Shown piece by piece: positions 36,749 to 48,557 of a stretch of 64,000 nt of DNA (within the stretch, counting starts at the first letter, position 1; each line of letters starts with the position of its first letter). The notes beneath the pieces are model-generated. The model saw only the letters and a list, made by a program, of their open reading frames with translations. It was not told where the DNA came from and made no database searches. Position numbers and translations under genes: made by a program. The DNA comes from Adineta vaga (Eukaryota > Animalia > Rotifera), in assembly GCA_021613535.1 (NCBI GenBank), contig CP075494.1:3038001-3102000 (forward strand), read 5' to 3'.

Positions 36749-37045
36749 ATGATCACAGTCTTAGATCCAATAGATCAATTGAAAGAACTTCCGAAAGATT
36801 ATGATAAGCTAGATCGTGAGACGCAAGTGACACCCATAGTACAACAATTAATGCAACATGCTGATAGAATACAAAAACCTATTCGTGATTTTCTACGTAA
36901 ACGATCTCAAGATTATGAAGGAGAACCACACTATTTTTGGATCAATAATCAGATATATCTGAAAAATGCAACAAAAAATCTTATTGAAGACTTGACTAAA
37001 ATGCCTGAAATTCAAGAAATTCGTCTTGAAGAATATGCAACATGA
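36749..37045 (+). CDS. Stand-alone subtilisin (S8) propeptide / I9-like inhibitor domain
   Basis: IVQQLMQHADRIQKPIRDFL...YFWINNQIYLKNATKNLIEDLTKMPEIQEIRLEE resembles bacillopeptidase-F-type and oomycete subtilisin prodomains. No catalytic domain follows. Confidence 0.5.
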   Translation: MITVLDPIDQLKELPKDYDKLDRETQVTPIVQQLMQHADRIQKPIRDFLRKRSQDYEGEPHYFWINNQIYLKNATKNLIEDLTKMPEIQEIRLEEYAT

Positions 37046-37523
37046 ATAGATTAGAAATATTCAACATATATTTCAAACATCATTTAATTAGACGTTCTTT
37101 AATATCTATTTGTTTGTATTTCGTATTTACTATACAATAAAATATATATGAATAAACAAAAGCGAATTGGATAAAATAATAAAACATCAATTGGTTAAAT
37201 ATTGACAGAAATAATCCAACCAAAAGATATTCATTATTTATCTATGAATGATGACTAAATGCTTTACAATGAAGATTTATCATCAGAATTTTGTTTACTT
37301 GAGCTGGTTTTCTGCACATTTCAAAAGAGCTTGAATAAAACATTACCTCAAATAATTTTAATTAAAAGTATTTCATCTTGGTCAAAAAAGTGTTAAAGTT
37401 TGAAATTCCTATAAATATATAGGGTGTAACAATGAGAATGAAACAATAGTGCAAAAGAGCACTGCTTTCATTTTCTTTCTTATAATACAGTTAGCGTGAA
37501 GTAATACAAAATTCGTTTATACT

Positions 37524-37587
37524 AGGATGGATGAGGGTGGAGGATAAGGTCTCTCTTTTATTGCTTATCCATACACACACCCTCGAC
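37524..37587. repeat. Telomere-like hairpin element
   Basis: GATGAGGGTGGAGGATAAG...CTTATCCATACACACACCCTCGAC. Confidence 0.75.
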
Positions 37588-38584
37588 AGTGAAATTGAAA
37601 AATGAAAATTCTACCCAATCGTGTGCTCATGTTGTCAGTCCATATTATGGTCAATAACAAATACTTGTATAATGTTATGTTTGAAGTGATGCGTTCTATA
37701 TCGATGTGTAATTTAGATACTTGTGTTGGTGATGCAGGTAATTCATTAATGGTGGGCTAGTATTTATTTGAGCAATTTTATATGATTAAATGTATTATAA
37801 TTGATTCAGTAAATATAGCAGTAGTAATTTCATATTTTAGCAATAAAGAAAAGAAAAACTAAATTTTTTTAGTTACAACTGACAATAAAAAAAAGAATCT
37901 CCACGTTTTGTTTCAACATATTGGTCACTAAGAATCGAAACTTGAGAAGAATAACTGAATCGAGTTTCAGCGTTTCCTTAATAGCTTCTGGTCATTTATC
38001 AATATAATTTGGGAGAGTAATTCAAAAAGGAGAACGGTTTCGTGGGTATCTACGCGTAGAATGCATAATACGGTAATTCTGTAAAGATCCTTGCCTTGCT
38101 TGAATTTTACAATAACCTTGGTGCATGAGAAGACTCAACCAAAACCTAACCAGTTACGTTTCTGAATACTTTTTGAAACAAATACATGTATTTCGATTCA
38201 TAGTTAGATGCTTTTTTTCATGGGACATTTCTAACTCCGAGTGAATGACGCCCAAAGATGCTCCTTAGGTAGTATGTGGAGAGCCAAGGATATTCCTATA
38301 GAATGGTTTTCGTGAAATTTGTTTTTCCATAAACGACCGTTGAACTTTCGTTCACACTTAACTTCCCTCCACCTTATCCTACTCTTTGCTTTCAATATTT
38401 TCTATCATTTTGAAGATAATGCTTCTTTGATCTTTGACCTGTCACAAAACACGCAAACGAACCATATTAGTTTTTTTTCATATCACTTTCTCTTCAGTCG
38501 AGAGAATAAAGATAACGATTTTTTGCTTAAGATATGTTGTTCACCTAATGATTATTCTTAATAACGTTGAAATTTGAAAAAAGA

Positions 38585-38745
38585 TAATTTTTATTATTTA
38601 TTTTACCTTTCTTTTCTAAAGAATGAAGCTTTTCTTTCTCTTCATTTTTAAAATTAAGATTATCTTTATTCTTTATTAAAAAAAGATAAACATTTTCATT
38701 ACTTTTTTTATTCTAAATAAAAATAAAAATAAAGTAAACCCCTAC
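38585..38745. mobile_element. Degenerate copy of the MITE at 43058-43315
   Basis: The right end taaagtaaacccct and internal (aaagataa/ttatcttt)-type motifs match the 43058 element. Confidence 0.45.
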
Positions 38746-39685
38746 AGTGGATTGGACTACGTACTGTAAGTTTCATTCTTTTTTTTTGAAGTCATTCAGC
38801 CACACAATGTGTGAAATCCTATCCAATTTTCGACTTCACTAAACTTACAAAATCATAGTTGTTATAAGGAAGAACTTCGAGTGAGTGAATGTAAGGATAT
38901 TATAGCTCTCTCGCATTCATATCTACTGTTACATCGAGTAAATAATATTAAGGATTTTTCAATACTTATGAAAGAAGAAACGATATGTAAGTAAGTTTTC
39001 AATTTACCCATATACACCAAAAGCAGATTGCATTGTTTTGAACACGTAAAGATATTGCTGAGGCATCAAAAACATATATTCACTTTATTCTGTTTAGCAT
39101 TATTGTCGATAATGAAAATTCCAGATATTAATATATATCTCCAATCGACAAAACATCTTTTCACAAGAAATTGATTCGTTACACAATCGAGATATCAAAT
39201 GAAGAGAGATTTTTATTATATTATATGTACAGATAAGTTATTCTTAATTTAAGACAATATTTGAAATAACTAATCATTCGTTAGTATTACCGTATAATGA
39301 CAAATTTAGAAAAAACAACGATTTTAACTGACGGTTTTGATAAAAAATCTCGATCACATGAGTACTCTTTCATGAAGAGAGATTATTAATCTACGTCCTG
39401 CAAACACCCACGATGGTGTTAATATTGTCTTTATTACATGTACGCATTCTTATTCATCCTCAAGACAGCGCAATTTCTTCCAGCACTTGTTATAAAAAGT
39501 TTTTTATTAAATAATTCTTAAGTATGTTCATAAGATATTTAGATTTTAATTTACTTGTTGTAAGTAAATTTCGAAGATCAGTTTAGAAATAAAGATCATA
39601 GAACTTTTGGTTAAGTTACTCTTCTTTTCATATTAAGATTGAAATCAAAAGTTTATAGTGAAGATCATACTTTTCAATAGTTAAT

Positions 39686-40684
39686 ATGTCATCTATCGAT
39701 CAAACTATTCAAGAAATAAATACAATAACAACAATCTTTATATCCATTATGTATTTTGTTAATATTATTTTCGGTTTAATTGGTCTTACTCTCAATATTC
39801 TTATTTTCACTCGTCCATCATTACGTCGAATACCATGTTCAATTTATTTTTTATCGTCGACATTTTTTAATTTGTTTGTTATATTGCTTATAATTCCTTT
39901 CCGTTTAATTTTCGTCAATTTTAATATAGATATAGCTGCTTTCAATGATAAATATTGTAAAATACAATATTTTACTTTTCATTTCATACGTGCAATATCA
40001 TGTTGGTTAATTTCTATGGCATGTATTGATCGATATCTTCAAAGTTCACATAATATATCTATACGTCGTATGAGTTCATTGAAAATTGCAAAATTATCAG
40101 TTGGATTCATTTGTATTATAATTCCTATTTTATATTGTCATATGCCTATATTTTATAATTTAGTAGAAGTAAAACAGCCATCCGGAAGTATAGTATATTC
40201 ATGTAGTATTCAAGATAGCACTTATACAAGATTCATTACGATATGGCATTTACTTTTTTATTCATTTTGTCCATCGTTGGTAATGATTATTTTTGGTTGT
40301 CTCACACTGAGAAATATTCATTCACGTCAAGGTATCATTCCACAAAATGTTAACCATAATCGAATTACTCCACGAACAAATGTTGAACTTCTACGTATGT
40401 TATCTGCTCAAGTATTTGTGATTATTTTCTGTAGTGGAGCGTATTCTGTTCTTCAACTTTATGTATTATTCACAAGCAATATGGTTAAGGATACACTTCA
40501 AATCAGTAAAGAAACTGCAGCTAATAAAATATTAAGTGTGCTGACATATTTTGCTCATTCAACTAGCTTTTATATGTTCACATTAACTGGAACTATTTTT
40601 CGAAAAGAACTCTTGAAAATTATTAGACACTGTTCACTTTGTAACCGAAATCGCGTCCATGCAGCTAATGTTCAAACACATTAA
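39686..40684 (+). CDS. Rhodopsin-like orphan GPCR (paralogue of 54241-55294)
   Basis: 7 TM; LRRIPCSIYF, YCKIQY, MACIDRY, YMFTLTGTIFR. Confidence 0.9.
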   Translation: MSSIDQTIQEINTITTIFISIMYFVNIIFGLIGLTLNILIFTRPSLRRIPCSIYFLSSTFFNLFVILLIIPFRLIFVNFNIDIAAFNDKYCKIQYFTFHFIRAISCWLISMACIDRYLQSSHNISIRRMSSLKIAKLSVGFICIIIPILYCHMPIFYNLVEVKQPSGSIVYSCSIQDSTYTRFITIWHLLFYSFCPSLVMIIFGCLTLRNIHSRQGIIPQNVNHNRITPRTNVELLRMLSAQVFVIIFCSGAYSVLQLYVLFTSNMVKDTLQISKETAANKILSVLTYFAHSTSFYMFTLTGTIFRKELLKIIRHCSLCNRNRVHAANVQTH

Positions 40685-41108
40685 ATTTCATCGTTACAGA
40701 ACAATTTACAAATGAATCGTATTCAAGAGGGACACTAACCAACAAGATCATCTATAGAACAATAACAGATGACACTCTATGACACTAACTCCATTTAGTA
40801 TATATACATATATTCTTTTCTTTTCTGTTCTACCGCGAGTTTAGTCAATCCGATGTTGAATTCTATCGGTATCCAACTATCCGACCGAATCCAACGTCGA
40901 ATTCATACACACACCCAACGCCTACAAAAAAAATAATGAAAATAATGAAAGCATAAATCTCTCGTTTACAACAAGAATTTTATTTGCACTAAAACTATTT
41001 AGATGATAGAACTTAATATTGATCAGAAAAGATATTCATATGTATTAAAATATACTGTAGTTGAAAGTTGATTATAAATTTCACTAATATTATCGATAAA
41101 TAACGCTC

Positions 41109-41136
41109 GTCGAGGGTGCCTTGCTTCACCCTCGAC
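41109..41136. repeat. Minimal telomere-like hairpin
   Basis: GTCGAGGGTG-ccttgctt-CACCCTCGAC has a perfect 10-bp stem. Confidence 0.7.
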
Positions 41137-41156
41137 TGAAGGATTGACAAAATTGA

Positions 41157-41221
41157 ATCTTGAGGATGTGTGTGTGGGTGTAAGTATATCTTCTCTTCTT
41201 TCACACTCACACCCTCAAGAT
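41157..41221. repeat. Telomere-like hairpin element
   Basis: ATCTTGAGGATGTGTGTGTGGGTG...CACACTCACACCCTCAAGAT. Confidence 0.85.
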
Positions 41222-41517
41222 GAAAATGAAGGAGAATACTTCCTATTCCCAAAAATTACACATTCCTGCACAGCCTTGGCACCCGGAATAGGATGACTGC
41301 TCCAAATTGGAGTAAGTTTTCTCTTAGTTCTGATTTCAAATCGAGCCATACCAGAATAGAATTCTCGATAGTTTATATTAGCCGCCGAAAATCAGTCGAA
41401 ACAGAACGTTTTTCATCCTCCACTAACAACTTCTCCATTCTATTAAAGGATTCTATGAATGATTGTGATGTATATTCTATAGATCAGAAAAAGTTTACTG
41501 TTTGTTCTTTGGCTGTA

Positions 41518-41573
41518 ATCTTAAGGGTGTGGATGAGGATTTTTCTTATCTGCTTACACCCACATCCTCTCAT
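41518..41573. repeat. Telomere-like hairpin element
   Basis: ATCTTAAGGGTGTGGATGAGGAT...CACCCACATCCTCTCAT. Confidence 0.75.
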
Positions 41574-41704
41574 GCACATGTTTATCAAACTTCTAATGCA
41601 TTAACAGCGTCGATTACATGACTTAAAAGTAAAACTAAATTATTTAGTCTGTTAATAAACGAATAAAAGGTTCAATCAAGTTGAACTTTATAATTAAATA
41701 GAGA

Positions 41705-42097
41705 TTAGCCATGTAAGAGAACACCAAAATTATTGGAACTAGAACTTGTCACAATAATATCAGGTTCATTATCTTCATTTATATCGCCTATTTCTATTGG
41801 ATTTGGTTTTACACTCGTTGATAAAGTATATTGAGAACGAAATGTTCCGTTACCTTGACCTATACGGATACCAATGTTTGTAAGAACAACATCAGATATG
41901 TTATCATGGTTAAGATTATTTACTGCTATTGCATATTGACTATTACCGACTGCATAAAATGATACAAGAGTAAATGTACTACTGCCTTTATTTAAAAGAA
42001 CATCCGCATTGCTAGAACCATTGTTTACCTTGACAATATCAAGTTTGGCCTCGTCATTAATATCTTGTACTGCTAAATTTTCTGGAACAGTATCCAT
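41705..42097 (-). pseudogene. FG-GAP/VCBS repeat protein fragment
   Basis: DINDEAKLDIV, NLNHDNISDVV, GQGNGTF, GDINEDNEPDIIVT. The N-terminus is truncated and repeats are partly deleted. Confidence 0.65.
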
Positions 42098-43057
42098 TGA
42101 AAAAGTTGTTTAATTCTTAAACATAGGATATTATACTATAAAAAAAAGAAAAGTTTTACATTCCAGAATAATATAAATTAGAGATACACTAGTCCATTAT
42201 CGATCTTTCAGCGTAGATTTGACTCTCATACTATACGTACATGTTAGACGCAGAAATCTGTGTTAAGGATATCGAGAGATTTTACCGTAGCAGGTTATAT
42301 ATTACTCATCGATTATCATAGTTGAAGTTGATGACGAATTTATTCCTCCTATCACAAAAAAACAACAAGTATTGCATGTTCATGTATATATTATTTTTTT
42401 CAGTCTTTTTACAACTTAGAAATATATTCAAATAAACAAAAAAGTGCGATGCATGATAAAATAACAGTCATAAACGGTAAACAAGTTGCTTATTAGAATA
42501 TTGAAATGATTTGATATTTTGTTCATTTAACTTTACAATAAAAGTAAATACGAATAATAAAGATACTTTTCGCATAATTATATTTTTTGACATAGAATGA
42601 AATCAATAATGATTAAAATCATCGTATTATCAAAATTTTTATTTTTACTTTAGATAAAATAAACGAAAGAGAACTATTTGTTATATTGAGCATCTTCTTT
42701 CTATGAACAATATTTGTGAAATAATTTAAAAGAAAATTCGATTAAAAAATCTCTTTCAAAGTCACATTTTCAAATGTGTAAATCTTCAGAATATTGAGAG
42801 AAAAACAATATGTTTGCTGAGACTCGTATCTTTAGATATAAATATTTCAAATGAAAAAGGATAATATTCTTCTAATCTAATGTGTCATTCGTGCGAAAAT
42901 TCACTGAATTATTTTAGTTTATCTAAATAGGAACACATAAAACAACATTTTCTAGCAGAATTTATGATGATAGAAGTAATGATCTTCACTAATTGAACCA
43001 TACTAACGAGAGAACCGTTCGAGGTGAGATCTTCCATTTGAGATGATATTTTCAAGG

Positions 43058-43315
43058 TAGGGATTTTACTTTATTTTTCTTTTTCTTTAAAATAAAGATC
43101 AAAGTAACAAAAAATCTTCATCTTTACGTTATAAAGAAATAAAGAAAATCCAGATTCTTTATCTTTCATTTATTTTTAAAGATGAAGAAAAATCTTCACT
43201 TTATAAATTAAAGAATAAAGATAAAGAATCTGGATTTTCTTTATTTCTTCATAACATAAAGATGAAGAGTATCTTTTCTTTAGTTTATAGAGTAAAGGTA
43301 AAGTAACACCCCTGA
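43058..43315. mobile_element. hAT-like MITE with 8-bp TSD TTTCAAGG
   Basis: Termini TAGGGATTTTACTTTA...TAAAGTAACACCCCTGA. TTTCAAGG lies at 43050-43057 and 43316-43323. An internal inverted repeat of about 50 bp pairs 43116-43166 with 43218-43269. Confidence 0.75.
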
Positions 43316-43463
43316 TTTCAAGGTCTTCGTAGAAATCATATTTCTAAACTACCGACAATTTATTCATTTATACATTTTAGAAACAAAACTAACATCAGAT
43401 TCAAATTTTACATCTAAATACTTTATTTTTGCAAGATATTACTCTACGAGAAAGAGTGATCAA

Positions 43464-44496
43464 ATGTCATCATCATCATTTATTGCATCAATAGATTTAC
43501 TTCGGCGACAAATCTCAGTTTATTTTGTTATACCTCTTTTTAGTTTGGGTGTTCTAGGTGGATGTCTTAATATAATTATATTTCTTAGTTTAAAAACATT
43601 TCGACGAAGTTCTTGTGCATTTTATTTAATGATTATGTCAATATTCGATATTGGTCGATTTTTTTCAAGTGTTTTACCATTTTTAATGCGTTGGGGATTT
43701 GGAATTGATTGGGGAATATCTTCGGTAGTCTTTTGTAAAATAAGACTTGCTTTATTTAGTACTTGTACATTAACGTCAATGACATGTTTATGTTTAGCAA
43801 TTCTTGATCAATATTTAGCAACATCATCTTATCAGCGATGGCAAAAATTGTGTCATATTAAATTAGCATATTGTCTTACAATTATATTTATTATTTTATG
43901 GATTTTTCATGGAATTCCATATGTAATCTATCATAATCATGTTATTTCAACATTAAATAATCAAATCATATGTGAAGTAACAAATGAAATATTTAATAAA
44001 TATATAAGTTATGGTTATTATGTTATTCTTACCAATGTATTACCATTACTAACATTTGGTTTTGGATTAATGGCGTATTATAATGCACGAACAATTGCTC
44101 ATCGAACTGTTCCTCTTATTCGACGTGAATTAGATAAACAGTTAACAGTAATGGTTCTTGTTCAAGTTTTCATTACTTTTTGTACAACAATTCCATTTTC
44201 AATTAATAATATTTTAACTATATTTAATCCCCAACAAATAGATCCGATTATTCAAACAAACCAATTGTTTAGAGGATTTATTATTTCAATTATTTTTATT
44301 TTAAGTTTTGCGGTAAGAATTTAATTCAATGATTTAGAATTGTTTTCTATTTTCTTCTAAGTCTTTTCAGAGTCCATTTTATACATATATTTGTATTTCA
44401 AAACGATTTCGACGTCAATTGAAATATGTTCTCTACAAAACATATTGTCAAACAAATGAAATACATCCAGATAATGGATTTATTATTCAATTCTAA
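43464..44496 (+). CDS. Rhodopsin-like orphan GPCR, 2 exons
   Basis: 7 TM; FRRSSCAFYL, FCKIR, LAILDQY, RRELDKQLTVMV. Intron 44313-44370 restores SPFYTYICISKRFR. Confidence 0.9.
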
Positions 44497-45046
44497 ACTT
44501 CAATTACTATTAAAACACTCATCTTTCTTTTCTTATATCGTTTGTATTAGGCGAACTTTTTTGATAGACCAAAGAAATATCATTAATCAATCATCGTATG
44601 CAATTTGTTATATTTTATATGGCTAAACGCTGACTCAACATTACCAATAATTAAGTGTATTTGGTTCGTCGAAGTAAATCATTCGTGATAATGATTATTT
44701 TGTTCAAAACTAAGATTGAACTTATCAAGCAGTAGCGAATCTTTCTAAATATCAAGGTTTTTCAAGTCAGATTATATTCCATCATAAAAATAGATTGAAA
44801 TGCATCGATTATTCCGGAGAAAATTTTCATATCTTACTCTGCAATTCAATTTTATAAGTACTTTCGCCCTAAGCAAATAATTCAATTACACTTGAAAAAG
44901 TACACGATTAAAAGTTTAAAACAAACTATATATGATTCGTCCAGTTAGGCGTTTTATAATTCATTGAAGAAAATAAAAGTTCGTTGATATTTTTGTGTTA
45001 AAATGATTACATTTGTTTATGTGTTCTGTGCATATTTGAAAGATCA

Positions 45047-46057
45047 TTATCGACAAAGAATTTTTAAACCAATTCTTTTAATAAGTTGAAAAAGTGCATT
45101 ACGAAATACACTTCCACCAGTTAATGTATAAATATAAAAAGGTATTCCACTTGCCGTAAAATTCATCAATGTTACTAGATTAAAAATAAAAGTTTCAATA
45201 GCACTTTCTATTGATTGAGTTGATGAACTAGCTGAAATCGATGTATATGCTTTTTGAATAGCATGTGGACAAGTTAAAATAACGAATAAAATGACTTGAA
45301 CAGCGAGCATTTTAAGTAAATGTCTGTTCATTCTTCTTGTATGTTGATCTCGATTTACAGGTGACAATGTTTTAGGTGCTTCAATACTCAAGGAATTCAT
45401 AGCGAGATTTTGAATACGATTTTGTGTATGACGAATATTTTTAATTGTCATGAATCCAAAACTAATCATTAGAAATAAGGGAAATATTGTTGTACCTACT
45501 GCATAAATACCATCGGTTATAACACAACAAATATATGTTGATCCATAACAACCACGTAAATTTCCTGTTAAATTAGCTTGATAACAATAAAATATTGGAC
45601 TATTGAGAATAAACGCAAAGAGATGGGTAAAAATGATACTTCTCCGAACATTTTTCAATGAACTTAGTTGTCTTCGATTAGCATTTGCACTCGTTGATAA
45701 CCATCGATCAATAGTTGCTAAAGCAATTAACCATAAAGTTATTGTTCTCATCGTATATAGAATAAAATTACGCATCCTACAAATCCATTCAACAGTATTT
45801 GTAAGATCAACAGCATAACCCGCCATCATACGACTTGTTAATCCACTAACAATCGCAATCAGACTAGATATTGATGAAACAAGAAAAAACATAGCTGATG
45901 TATTGGAACGAATAGGTTTTTGGGATAAAACTATAACATTAAGGAAATTTCCAGTTATACCAAATACATAAATAAATATTGGAAAATAACGATTAATAAA
46001 ATCGGATGCTTTGTTCCATGATTGAATTGTATTTATATCCATATCTGAAGATGACAT
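45047..46057 (-). CDS. Rhodopsin-like orphan GPCR, intronless
   Basis: 7 TM; GITGN, ICRMR, LATIDRW, PFYIYTLTGGSVFR. Confidence 0.9.
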   Translation of the reverse strand: MSSSDMDINTIQSWNKASDFINRYFPIFIYVFGITGNFLNVIVLSQKPIRSNTSAMFFLVSSISSLIAIVSGLTSRMMAGYAVDLTNTVEWICRMRNFILYTMRTITLWLIALATIDRWLSTSANANRRQLSSLKNVRRSIIFTHLFAFILNSPIFYCYQANLTGNLRGCYGSTYICCVITDGIYAVGTTIFPLFLMISFGFMTIKNIRHTQNRIQNLAMNSLSIEAPKTLSPVNRDQHTRRMNRHLLKMLAVQVILFVILTCPHAIQKAYTSISASSSTQSIESAIETFIFNLVTLMNFTASGIPFYIYTLTGGSVFRNALFQLIKRIGLKILCR

Positions 46058-47315
46058 TTTTTTATATAGTTCAAAGAGAATAATCTAATTATAAAGAGTC
46101 TTTTTTTTTAAATAGAATAATTCACCTGTCCTTACAGTGAAGGAAATATTTCATATGAATCTTGACTAAAAAGTAAACGGAGGGTTAAGGGACGCGAATC
46201 TGAAGATCACACGAGCATTATAATCGTTACTTTCTAATCTTACGCGATAATTATGTGTGATGAAAACTTTCATTTTTGTTTAATTCTATCTCAATGATTT
46301 CTTTTTTAGTAGAATATGTAAATTTTGTAGTTTTCAATGAGAGAATATCTAAATGTGTTTGTATGATAAAGAAATTCTATGAAAGAGATTACCTAGAATT
46401 TCTATATTAACAATTCATGTGAATATTTTCTTTTTAAGTTCTATTCTATTACTATCAAATAAAATTTTCGTCGCATGAGAACTCCGAACTATTAAAATCA
46501 TGAATATGCTGTGTATTTATCATATACTCAAAATTAAAAAAACACTTTGACATGTTTATATATAAGAAGAGGGAAAAAAAGATGTAGGTAAATATAAAAT
46601 TGTGTTGAATATTCTCTCTTTATTAATTAAATTTATGCATGGATGTTTTTCAATAAATTTAATAAGATTAGAAAGAAAAAATGGATGTCGTTTTTCTTAT
46701 ATGAATATCGACTTAATAGTGAAACCACATAGTAAAATCTCTTTCTGTAGACACTTCTTTATACTGGACGATCAAAAGTACATTCTAGTGAGTTTTGTTA
46801 GAAATCAATGTCTCTATAGTAAGCATCTCTGTGCACTCTACTTTGTGTATTTCAATGACAGAATTGTTGTAATCATATGTGAAATGTAGAAAACTTCATA
46901 TTTTTAGATGTTTCGATATAATGTTAAAGAGTATGAATGTCCACTGAAATAGCAATAGACAATTAAAATCAAATTTCATAAATCCTCTTAACTTTGAAAA
47001 AAGTCAATTAGGCGTACTCTTTATTATTCTTCGTATTTTTTTCTAATACTCGTCTGTATCATTAGTCTTGGAATTTGAACCATGTTTGTTTCTATTTCAT
47101 TCAGAGATAAATCTATTCATGTAAAACTCATCATATCTCTGTCGATTATCTGTGTCGACACTCGACAACTGATAATCTGTTTGTAACAGTAAATTTGGAA
47201 GAAAACTTCACAATCATAAAGCAATTACATGACGTTAACCTGAAGTAATGAGAAAGAACAAAAAAAAACACATGGTTTTTCTTTTACTGAGTATCAATAC
47301 ACATTATTCTTGTCA

Positions 47316-47644
47316 ATGACTGACGAAGATATTCTAAGGAGAATTGCAAAACTTCAAAATGAATCAAATTGGGACTTAAATGCTCAAAATTTGATCGATG
47401 AAGATATGAAAATTGTCTTGTACTCCATCTTCATTTAAATAATATTACGAATGCTGGTGTTTCTCATCTTGCTGATATGTTAACAGCTAATAAAACAATC
47501 ACAGATTTTTATTTAGGTGCGAATAATATTAGTGATACTTTATTGGGATTAATGTTAAGTGGAAATCAACTTTCAGAAGAAAAGAAAGATAAATTACGAA
47601 ATGCCGTTCAAGTGAGAAATATCACTTTGGGCGGTGGTTTTTGA
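47316..47644 (+). pseudogene. Ribonuclease-inhibitor-type LRR protein relic
   Basis: LNAQNLIDEDMKIV, then NNITNAGVSHLADMLTANKTITDFYLGANNISD and LMLSGNQLSEEKK. The frame is broken near 47430 and repeats appear internally deleted. Confidence 0.6.
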
Positions 47645-48557
47645 TTGATTAAGAATAAATTTGTTCGATGTATATCAAGAATTCATCGAGAAATAATATT
47701 AATAAAAAACATTCGTTTCGAATATTTTAATTTCTAACAGGACGAACTTGAGATTTACATGAAAATAATTTAACCTAAATTTCCGAAAATGAAACCAGGC
47801 AAATAAATGGCATACGTATTGTACCAAATCGAACAAGGAAATTGTACAGAAGCACCAAATGTTGGTGAACAACAATTTATAGAATACTCACTGTTGTTGC
47901 TGATAAAGTTAAAAGAAGAAAAATCATTGAACGATATCGACGCCAATTAAATGGATTTTGTTGAATTTGTCGTTTTTTAAATAATACATGTATAAGTAAA
48001 ATTAAATTAATATACTTTCAGGATTAATTGAATATCAACTTGAAAATAATATTATCTTGCTTTGGATTATCTTCGAGAAACTTGATCAAATAGATATAGC
48101 AATGAAGAGTTATCTTACAGCATTATATCTTTGTATAATAAACATATGAATAAAATTTTGAATGTTATTCATCAACTTAATTATTCCAACGAAAAAACAT
48201 CCAGATTAAAAACGGAAAAAATTATAAACAATAATCAAAGCAATTTTTTCGTCTTCGTCATAAACCTTTGTTATAAATAAATTTTGAGTATTTTTGATTT
48301 TGTATCTAACTCATTTTTCTTAAAAAAACTATTCGTTCTGTTGTATTCTTGCTCAACTACCTTTCTTACGTCATGATGATGTCATATATGGTTTTTTTTT
48401 CTTTCGTGAGTATATTTATGGCTTCTGTACGTTGTATTTCAGACATATATATTGATAGTTATAAAGAAAGAACACTTTTATCAATTGAGTATCAAATATG
48501 TTGATCCATAATTTTGAATAGGAGCAGCGACTATTCGAACAAAATATTCCTAGTAAA

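Noticed and set aside
38060-38330. GC-richer tract suggesting a gene or transposon remnant
   Set aside because: Multiple stops in the frames read and no identifiable homology.
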